Assembly (NCBI GenBank): GCA_051294905.1
Contig: CM119371.1
Span: 5,148,001 to 5,208,000 of the forward strand
Reading direction: 5' to 3'
Length of the DNA: 60,000 bases
Source: Botryllus schlosseri
Taxonomy: Eukaryota
Below are positions 49,336 through 60,000 of the stretch, piece by piece. The position numbers and the translations under genes were made by a program. Every line of letters begins with the position of its first letter. Position 1 is the first letter of the stretch. The notes beneath the pieces were generated by a model, which had not been told where the DNA came from, did no database searches, and worked only from the letters and a program-made list of their open reading frames with translations.

Positions 49336-52300
49336 CGGAACACATGTCTTTTTCTTCTTGTGATGATGATCTCGAACATGATGCAGTAATGTTGACAGCT
49401 ATACCTTATACTAAAATATACTGTTACTTAGAGTGGACGTACATTTACTCTGCAATCATATCAATACAATTTACTATTGCGATCAAATCTGTACGATTAC
49501 TCGACACATATATCTTTGAATCACCCTTCCGGCTAAATAACTACTTTGACGGTTGCGTAGAATGGTGGTGGACTTATATTTTCGTGTTACTAGGCCTCTT
49601 GCACATATGCATTTATCTCTGCCACAATAAAATTTCTTTACACGTTTTTTGTCTCATCTTAATTTTTTTCACTTTGAAAATATTTCTCCCAGTTTCATAT
49701 TTCAATTACGGTGAATGATTAGTGCCTGAAAATTTGTTTCTCACTGCCTCAATCAGGTTTCAATGAAGACTTCTTTTGCGGTAATTTGCGCTGGGTCTGT
49801 TGTTCAAAGTAGTTTGATGTGGATATTCAAATCTTCGTATCACAATGTGATGAGCTAATACTATAGTTTATGTCACCTAAATTTTAAGTTTCGTGAGCAT
49901 TAGGGCTGTTCAAAAATAACATTTTTTTCCTGAATCTTGCTGGCTACGTGATTAAATCGTTAGGTTGCCTTAAAAAACTACGCACACCAATTTTCAATTC
50001 ATTCCAACCAATATTCGCGGCAAATTCAAAATTTTCAAACTGTACAGTGTACAGTGTATTGTTGTGGCCATTTTGTATATATGTGTTTCTTCTTGCCATC
50101 CATTTCATGCAATTTGACGACATTTCCACTTCCTCATGAGATTTCAATTCGTTCAGCACATATTATTTTTATTCTGTTTGGATTTGAAATCTATTGAATA
50201 TCTGATAAATTCTGTGTGTATTTCTGCATCTTGTCAGCAATTTCGTACCTATATAAGATTTTGTTTCATTCAGATTATTTGTAATTCATAGTGCTACAAC
50301 ACTGCACCACATTACTCTTTACCTTGTTTTGTTTTGTTTGATGAAACCTTGAAGCTGCTACGACGAACTCATGAACCCTGTTTACTAAAGAGCCAATCTG
50401 AGGTAAATCGTGGTATGAATAAATTAGGCATATCAATCGAAATACCCAGAGCTACCGACATTACAGACACTGCTGGCGAGAGCTCGATTATAGCTGCAAG
50501 CTATACGGAAAATCCATTTTGATCGGTGGTTTCAACTCTGGCCTAGCAGGCCAGATATTTATGGTTTAATTCGTGACGGTTGCTTCTCCAAGAACTCAGC
50601 AGCCGTAGAGAAAAACCAGTGTCACTCCCTAGCCAACATGATTGGGTAAGGAATGATATTCTGTGTGAAACTTGTGATGAATTATTGTACTGACAACAGA
50701 GCACTAATCTTCTGTGGCAATCCAACACTATGGAGGCAAATAATGGCTTAAAATCGTCATTCACTGTTACTTTGATTTTATCGAATTTGCGGGTTGCAGA
50801 GAATGCCCTTTCTGAAGAAGTATGCAGGGTACTATGAAACATTGTGCCATAGTAGTATTCTAGTATTTTATGGTAATGCTTTTTGGCTGTCTGTGCCAGA
50901 TATATATTTGATGTCTTTGTAATAGCAAAATGTATGAGGTGGGAGTCTTGTTCATTAACTACAGAACTAGAACACCTCCATCTTTTATATCCGTCATCAC
51001 AGCGCTGCAATTGATGCATTTATCTGTTTGAAATTACCCAGAAACATTTTTATCAAGAAAAAACATCACTCTATATTCAGGCATGCTTGGAACGTGATGT
51101 TTGATTATGGCCTAGTGTCGTAATTGACTCCGCACATACTATTACTTGGAAAAATAACCGAAATGTCGATTTCAGATTGCATAGCTTTTGCTGGTCGAAA
51201 TCGAGCAAAATTTGGTGTCTAACTTTGTTAGGCAACCTGACAATTTGGTCACTATGCGAGTGAAGTTTCATAAAACGTTATTTCCGGAACAGCCTTACTG
51301 TAACTAACAGCCGTCACGAGGGGATCATTCATCCACCAATCTCTCAATGTTATTGACGCGAATAAAATCCACTGAATTTTGAGTCCGTCTGTAGTTTTTT
51401 CAATTTGTAAAACCTGGTCTGAGCTAGCAAAGGTTGCAAAAATATCAAGCAACAGAACACCGGTATCACGATGACATACATTTTCTAGTTGTCAGCAACT
51501 ACATTTTTTTGAATGAACCATTCACTATTCAAGATCTGCAACTAGAACAACTTGTTATTTTATTCCATTCATGACTGTCGCGACAACTGAAAAATATCAA
51601 ATATTCTCTGTGCAAATCCTGTTTGTCAAATGACATTGACACAAATCAGGCCGATATCTTGAAATCAATGTTAATCTCAAATTCATGTCAAATTACAGAG
51701 ATATCATAGATACAAATTAGGACTCTTGCTCGTATGTGACGTTGTCGAGAAGATTGTTGGCACTTGAGCTGTGCAGAATGAATCGGGTGGGTGCTTGAAT
51801 CTAAATCGCGCATTATTGTCAATGATTCCAGTTGAATAGTGAGAAACGATCGGTTCTAACACCGAAGTCTGGTGCTCCTTATCATTCAGAGTTGATTGAT
51901 CAATGAAAATGATTGCTTCGATACTCATGTCCACTGTGCAAAGCTGTCAACTTTGATTGGTCATATCGCAACATACTTAGCATGAGGTACAGACGTGCAC
52001 GCATATTAGTGGAAATGACGTATCTGTCAAGTCGTGATCAACCTACAGCATTGTCGGTTTATCGCTTTGAGAACCACTGATTTAGACGTTCCCAACAAAT
52101 AGTATTGTTGTTTTCATCCTGTCACTCCAATTAGCTTTAATTGATGTGCAGTTAAAAATATGTGCAACTACAACTAGAACTGCTCAGTTTTCAAAACTAG
52201 TAACTAAGACTAGAACCAACGAACGTTCAAAATCCGCAACTAACTAACTAAAATATAGCTTAGTATAACTGATGATTTAATTTCTGAATTACAAATGAGT

Positions 52301-55300
52301 TGAAAAATATTGTAGATATCATCGTCATTTTAAACAGACTAGGTTTGAAACGCGATAGGTTTATACCCCCAAAACCACCTCTGCTTATATCGATGTCTTT
52401 TGGTAGTGATGACTCTGAGTTACCAGTGGCTGCAAGATCATCGCACAACAGAACACCAGCATCATGATGACACACATTTTCTAGTTGTTCGGCAACTGCA
52501 TTTCTATTGCAATGCACAACTTGAACTAGAGCTGCTTACTTTTTAAATACGCAAATGTACAACTAAAACTAGAACTACTCAAAAAAGCAGCAGTTACCGT
52601 AGTTCGCCATCATTTAACTGGATTGGTAGTTTCTGAAACTCTATACTTGTGTAACTTGATGTGAAATTTTAACTGACAGCTGGAGAACCTCTTCCTGAAA
52701 AATATGGAGAAGTTTGAAGATTTCAGTTGAGCTACCAAGGTCGACTGTGACAGCCACACAATGAATACTCCTTGCGGCACTCCCGACTATCGACGACCCG
52801 GAAGTTCTCGGCCAGAATCGACACATATACGAAGTGGACACCTTGGTCGTGTTTTGTAAGTATGATGCACCAATAGCACCATTGATTAGGGATTTTTATG
52901 AAAATAGGTCGCAAGGGTCCTAAATCTAATTCTGGGCCAAATCGAGTACCTGACTGATTCTATCATGATCCGAGTATTCGGCTTCAGGTTAACTATTTGA
53001 GTATCACCTCTTGTGACGGCATAATGCTTTGGAAATTGTGGATAGTTCAAATATGCGACCACAAATAATGTAATGCCATTTCTACACCAACTTGAATAAT
53101 TTTGTATTTTTTCAACCATACCTTTCCAGTTCCACTCTGTGACAATGCGTGGCTTGATCACGACTTGATATATATGTCATTTCCACTAACACTGTACGTT
53201 TATACTACATGTTTCTTATGCTGCGATGCGGCCAATTGAGGTTTACAGCCTTCCACGTTATAAAATGGGGACGAAATCATAATTTTCGTTGATAAAATTA
53301 ACTGTTGGAGGCAAGAAGCATATCATCTCACAACTCGAGTCGAATCATTGTGCCAGGACTAGCAACAAACATCTGATTTGATAATTTGATGCATGTTTTT
53401 CTTTATCGTAGGTATATGCATTGCTGGTCGGTGAGCTACCGCTTGAATGCCAGACGTTGCAGGAAACTTTCATTAGGAGAAGAATGGATACACGATTCTA
53501 CAAAATAATCGCCTCCAGCTTGTGACCATGTCAAAAGGTATGTTTTAACTCTTTTGCTTTTTTTTCCAATGTGCTCCGCAGTATTGGGATGACCGCGTCA
53601 ACTTTTTCAAGTGTCTTGACTTATCGAGTCACAATAAAAATCGAGTAACTTGACTTGCCCCGAAAAATCGAGTAACTGGACTCGATTCAAAATATGCAAT
53701 GACTTGATCTGACTTGTGACTCGAACATGGTGACTTGTTTCCTACACTGACCTATCATGATTTTCACAGTTTGTTGTCTGTTAACCCATCACAATGAACT
53801 ACTGTGAATCATGCACTGTCCAGTGAGTCTTTCAAGGCTACATTCCATAAGAACTGCCGACCATCTGCTTGGCTATCACGCCCTGAATATCGCGGAGTCA
53901 AATGGAGCCAAGTTTCAAAAGTGAGATTTTTACAAGTATAAAATATGGTTATGAATGGGCAAAATTAAGTGTTTGAATCTTGAGTATCATTTCAGTGCTG
54001 GAGTAAATCATCTCTCACTTGTCGGCTGGAATCATTGGAATAAATACTTGATTCAAATTAGACTCCTTGAACCATTGTGCACAGCCTGAGAGCACGAACC
54101 GGGGTCATAATGACGTGAGTCATGACTCGACTCGAGTCATTGCGCATGACTTAACGAAGTTGTAAAACTTACGGCAAATCAAGCCAGAAAGTGTCTTATT
54201 TGTTATTTTTCGACGATGCCTATTTCATTGCACTTTGTGACAATGCTGTGTGTTGATCATGACTTCCCAGAAATGTCATTTCCACTAACACTGTGCTTTA
54301 TTACTCCATATTTTCTAAGCTGTGATGCGACCAATCGATGTTCACAGCCTTCCTCAGTGGAGAATAGTATTCAAGTTATTGTTCTTGTTATTAAATTTAC
54401 TGTTGGCGGCAAGAAGCGTATCATTTCATTACTGGAAAAAATCATCTCTCACTACTCGACTCGAGCCATAGTGCCAAGGTCACATTAAAAAATCTAGTAA
54501 CTGGACTCTAGACATTTAGAATATGCAATGACTCTATATGACTTATGAATCGAACATACTGACTCGTTTGCAACGCTCTCCTATCAGGACTTTTCACAGC
54601 ATGTTTTCTATTGACCCATCACAACGACCTACCACTAAGCAAGCACTGTCCAGTGAGTTTTTCCACGGCTACATTCCACAACAACTACCAACAACCTGCT
54701 CACCTGATTATCGGGAAGTCAACTTGAGCCAATTTCAACGGTGAGATATTTATAATTCTATAATATGGTTACGGCTGGGCAAAATCGAGAATCTGAGTGA
54801 CTCGATTCTAGATCAAGTATTAGACTTCAAGTAAGAACTCGAGTGCCATCTATAATGACGTCATAGCAGTATGAAAGTTGTAGAAAGTATGCAACCGTAA
54901 ACAATATAACGCCAGTTGCACATCACAATCAAGATAATTATGTATTTTTTCGACCACACCTATTTCATTACACTTTGCTGTTGTTTGATCACGACTTACA
55001 GATATGTCACGGATGCTTACAGCCTTCTATAGTGGGAATTATAATCGAATCACTTGGGTGCTTCGTTTCACCAAGACCTGCATAGGACATGTATTCATGT
55101 AATTTTTAATTAGAAAGGCTCACTGCTACGCAAAATTAATTGTCGAATTTGACCAGCCAGCGAGCTCGAACAGGTTGAGAACCTCTGATTGAGATGTGCC
55201 CGACAAATAATATTTGTGATTTCATTCGTGCAATCCAATTAGCTTTGATTTATGTTGCCAGTCGCTGATGAACCTTCACAAAAGAAGGCGCGTCATCACG

Positions 55301-56213
55301 GAACCAGAGACTCGTTATTACATGCAACAGATTCTGCTGGTAGTTGTTTGTCGTCACGATGGTAAGATTACTCAAACTGATATCAAGGTAACATTTGGTT
55401 GCAGTGGTACCGGACTTGTACAAACTACTTGATTTATGGACTACAACTAGGCTTATCCACTTTCCAGAATCTTCAACTAGAACTGGAACAAACGACCGTT
55501 AACAATCCACAACTAACCACTTAACTAACATATTAATTACTGAATTGCAATCGACTAAGAAATAAGAACATCACACAACAGGTAAAATGATATCACGATT
55601 CACATGAAACGTGTTTTCTAGTTGTCCGACAACGAAACCTTTCAAATCCGCAACTACAACTACTAAGAAAGCAGTCGGTTGTTGGCCATCAACTAACTAG
55701 ATAGGTAATTCGTATAAGTCTGGATGCTTGTGTAATTAAATGTGAAATTTGTATTGACAGGAGAATCTATTCCTGAGCAACAACATGAAGATTGGAGATT
55801 TTGACCTAGCTACTAGAGTCGACTTTGACAGCCAAACAAAGAACACGTTTTGTGGCACATCCAACTATATTGCCCCGGGAGTTGTAGGGAAGTAAGGACA
55901 CAGTTTCAAAGTGGACACCCGTCGATGGGTTGTGTTTTGTGAGTATGATGCAACCTTGGGGTTGTAAGGTTCTTAGGTGTAGAACTGGGAAATATTGCAC
56001 ACCCGAGTAATTCGGCTCTTAATCGAGTCGAGTATTTGAGTAGCATTCATGACAGCGTTACCAACATTTTCATTGCCCATTGTCCAAGGGTCTGTGCAGT
56101 GACGTGGTGAGTGTGCGCAGACTTGTCAAAAATTAGAGGGAACATTGACTAGAACTACTTGCTTTCCATGTCCACAATTAGAAATAGAACTAGTCCGAGA
56201 AAGATGTAGTTAG

Positions 56214-56869
56214 TAGGGATGGTGTGAACCTCTGAAATGTTCAGGTTCGTGTGAACGCGAACCTTTTTTGAAAGGTTTTATGTGAACGCGAACGTGAACC
56301 TCATGACGTCACGTGACGTCATATTGCTAATTCCAAACCTATCTTTCAATGCAGTGATAGCTTATACTAATGTACATGACACCTATTACCTAGCGACGAC
56401 TCCGGCCACATAATGCCCCAGTGATGTGACATAATAAACATATGAAATCAAGATTGACCCCGTACGCCTGCTAGAATTTTTACATCAGACAACGATATAA
56501 ATTTCATTGATTGGTTGAATAAGCATCATTCGCTGACTACCTACATGTAGTGTATTTCGCTCTGGATGTTGTGTGATTGCGGGTCAAGCTCACAGCAGAG
56601 AGTCACTAAATATTCACAAACGTTAAGCTGGATATTTCGAGCAAACTTTTGTAACAAAGCAATTGGATTTTTGAAATTTTCAAGGTGCATGCTCGTTTAG
56701 TGTTGAATTTTTATATGCTGCCAACGCCATGCATAGAGTGAAAATAGTAATATGCGAAAAAGGTTCACAGTGCAGAACCTACCAAGGATCGTTTGTGAAC
56801 GTGAACCTCTAAATTTCCGAGGTTCACACACAGAACGCGAACGTAAACCTCACGTTCACACCATCCCTA
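56214..56869. mobile_element. hAT-type MITE
   Basis: TIRs TAGGGATGGTGTGAAC ... GTTCACACCATCCCTA; 8-bp TSD GTAGTTAG/GTATTTAG (one mismatch); GTGAAC subterminal repeats. It is absent from the paralog at about 6710. Confidence 0.82.
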
Positions 56870-58283
56870 GTATTTAGTTGATCGTTACCAAACTAGATTG
56901 GTTATTTGTATGAGTCTCAATGTCAGGCAATGATAATCAGAAAGACAAAATGTCAAGAAATGTCATCTGTCTAAATCGCAGTTTTAATCGCAAGCACGTT
57001 TGATTTCGCCGATTCTTCCAAGACAAGGATTTTGTCGACATCATTCTCGAGTTGTGCAAAAGAAGGGTAAAAACATTTCCTCGTTACAACTGTAATGTCT
57101 CTCAAACTGTGCTGGTCGCAGTTGCAATTCTAATCTAATTTCAGGTTTTCTTGAAATCGCTACAGGAGAACTGTGTTGAACGAAACTAACCAAGTTCGAT
57201 GTACGGACATTTGGCATTGCCGTACTTATGAGGATGAATGCTGATTTGATATGAAAATTTGCACAGCCATCATTCTAATTACTGTCTAATTTGGAGAAAG
57301 CTGTTTAGCTTTCATTCTAGTTCTAGTCCAATTCGAAACAAAAACTGTGTAGCTATCATTCTCGTTTCCATGTAATTCGGAGATTACTGTGTTGCTATCG
57401 TTATAATTTTATTCTAATATGGAAAAAGAACTGTGTAGATATACTGCAATTCTTATCATAATATAGTTTCATGACGTTGAAAATTTTCTAGTTGTCCAAG
57501 TCTCCATATCTGCTTATTCTGATCCTTGAATCTCTTCGTATCCAAACACGGAATAAGTTTACGATATCAAATCCAAATCTACATTCGTATTATTGTTTTA
57601 AATCCACTAATGTTGATTTCCAAACAATCTTAAAATTTGAGTTATCATCTGTGATTTGATTAATATCTGTGATATCCTCACCAGAATGTTGGCATGCGAC
57701 CCGTCTCAACGAACCTCTGTAAAAGAAGTGCTGGCGACCGAGTGCACAACGTGGCGCCCAGGTTCTCGGAAAGCCGTCACCAAAGAGTCCTCTGCAGAGT
57801 TTGAACGGTAATATTTTTTGGAAGGCTTAGCAAATTCGAGTTCCCGATTGATTGGATTCCGAAATAGTATTGCGTTTCGAGTTGTGTACTCGAGTATCAC
57901 TCATTATAACTCGAGCCCGACCGATATCGTATTTTGAGCCAATACCGATAAGTAGCACCTTCACCGTTAACCCCAATATATTCGACGGCTATGAAATACG
58001 GCAACTAGCTTAAAGTACATTTCCAAACCTTCAGGGTGTATATTTGAACAACTTTGCGCGCCGTTGCAATGCTTGAACATGAAATGAACGAGAAAAGATT
58101 AATCTGGACACTTGTAAGGAGAGGTGGTCAGAAACAAAGTACTTCCACTTTTACAGAGTACTCAAGTAGGTTTTGTCGTGTACTTGCACTAATTACTCGA
58201 GTCAGTCTAGTGGTTCCGATTTTAGATAACTTGTTTATCTCCTGTCACAGTTGACTTTTTAGTCAGAACTAGAATTAGAATAC

Positions 58284-58504
58284 TATAATAGGGTTGTGGG
58301 TAAAAGATGTTAGGGTTAGGGGATGGCAGATATTAGGGTTGTGCGATTGAGGGATATTTGGGTTATATGTGATATAATCCCCGAACTAACGTCCGAAAAC
58401 CCAACCCTAATGTATTTTATCCCCCAACCCTAACATCCATCATCTTCCAACCCTAATATCTCCCACTCACAACCCTAACACCCGGCACCCACAACCCTAG
58501 TATA
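58284..58504. mobile_element. Small degenerate foldback element with TAGGGTT/AACCCTA units
   Basis: Inverted ends TATAATAGGGTTGTGGGT ... ACCCACAACCCTAGTATA, with units resembling the 44.5-kb minisatellite. Confidence 0.55.
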
Positions 58505-60000
58505 TCTCCTCTTTTAAGAGGATTTGTCCTCTTCTTTGACTTTTTTGAAAGCGGACTTGATATGAAAATAGTGACTTGACTTGACTCGAGTCAAAATATG
58601 CAATGATTCGATATGACATGTGACTAGAAAATAGTAACTTGACTTGACTCGAGTCAAAATATGCAATGACTCGATATGACTTGCCACTTGAAATCGTAAC
58701 TTGATTTGACTCGTGTCAAGATTGGCAAAGACCTGAGATGACTTGTGACTTAAAGGCGACTTGATCCCAACACTGACCTACCGTGCTTTTTTCCACAGCA
58801 TGTTATCTATTGACCCATCTCAACGACCTTCTGGAGAGCAAGTTGTGTCCACTTTTTGCAAGGCTACATTCCTCAACGACTATCGACCACCTGTTCGACT
58901 ATCATTATGACATTATCACAACACGTCAACTCGAGACAACTTTCAATGGTGAGCTTTTCATAATTCTATGATAAGGTTGTGGTATATTGCGGCCAAACTT
59001 GGACAACTAGATCATTTCCATCTATTCAAATTGCGTTACAGTTAAAATCATAAATGTAGTTTTTTCCAACTTGGGCTGGAATTAGAATTATAGCTTCACT
59101 GATTTCTCAAATTAGATTAGATTTAGAATAATAGCTACACAATGATTGCCAAATTAGATAAGAATACTGATTATAGCTAGGTATATAAGTTTTTTTTCAA
59201 AATAGTTTATAATTAAAATCATTGATACACAGGTTTTTTCAAATTAGATTGGAATTTGATTTACTGAATTCACGAAAAGGAAATTGCATCAAGTTCGGTT
59301 CGTATGAAGCAGAGTCCATTCTCATAAGCACGAGAATGGCAAATATCTGCTTGGATTGTTTTACGTGATATAGATTCCTGTAGCAATTTCAGGAAAGTCA
59401 TAAAGTAGATTAGAATTAAAATGATAGCGTAGAAACATTTCACAAATTAAATTTGAATTAGATTACAGGCATTTCGCTGTAACTAGTGTAATTAGACAAC
59501 TAGAAATATTTAGTTGTCCAAACCAGATCAGTAAGATTGGGCTAAATCAAGTCTCTGTGTGAATCGATTCGGAGCTTAATACTGAGTGTCGAGTAAACTA
59601 ATCTAGTACCTGTGGCCGACAAGTAGTAGTTTGCCTATCATAGCAAGTCGATATCAGACGTTGTAAGAAATATCAGTATTGGCCATGAGGGGCGATACAA
59701 TATCAACTATTTTGATGACGTCACAACTTGGTAGTAGGGAGTTAGAGAACTCTAATCTATGACTGTTGAACTGGGAATATTCATCTGTCACTTATAGACT
59801 ACAGACATGGATGGTCGAAGTAATCAACGTTGATACTTAGCTACAAGTATAGAGTTTTCACTCAATTACAAGTGGCTTGGCTAGGCGGCTACTTCGGGTT
59901 CACGGCAATATACTGGGCGTCGATTCAAGCCCTGTGGATAGCGTTTTATGTTTTTTGTGGATGCAGTGAAATTTTGTCTGCAGGGCGGCCGAGATTACAG

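Larger units (their letters stand above)
52680..58948 (+). pseudogene. PLK1: Array 3 of decayed PLK1-like kinase exons (9 copies)
   Basis: E4 52680-52855, E5 53412-53537 (YALLVGELPLECQTLQETFIRKKNGYTI), E6 53770-53920, E6 54600-54740 (MFSIDPSQRPTTKQALSSEFFHGYIPQQLPTTC), E3 55262-55387, E4 55761-55938 ([50 protein letters not shown]), E2 56927-57066, E6 57685-57807, E6 58799-58948. Confidence 0.88.

Noticed and set aside
50334..51019. Possible degraded coding exon (158-aa minus ORF; stop-interrupted plus frames)
   Set aside because: No motif I can recognise; a BLASTX search is needed.

Overview
AT-rich, repeat-dense animal genomic DNA with GT-AG introns, C2H2 zinc-finger arrays, a LINE, SINEs and MITEs; the species cannot be determined from the sequence alone. 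(1) An apparently intact ~5.06-kb L1/Tx1-type non-LTR retrotransposon on the minus strand (26112-31173; ORF1 with zinc knuckles, ORF2 APE-RT) is flanked by a perfect 113-bp target-site duplication, and the empty site is visible in an inverted paralog near 42.5 kb. (2) About 34 decayed copies of six Polo-like kinase (PLK1-type) kinase-domain exons, mostly retaining splice sites, form three scrambled arrays (0.8-16.9 kb minus; 32.8-39.6 kb plus; 52.7-58.9 kb plus) that are inverted paralogs of one another. No polo-box exon was recognised. (3) Two 84-bp-unit C2H2 zinc-finger arrays vary mainly at DNA-contact residues, and each lies upstream of and co-oriented with a PLK exon array. (4) Many DNA-transposon derivatives have identifiable TIRs and TSDs (pogo-like, hAT, Mutator/foldback-like with a TTAGGG-containing minisatellite, and a 42-bp pure palindrome insert), and there are two tRNA-derived SINEs. 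All alignments were done by eye and no database searches were run.
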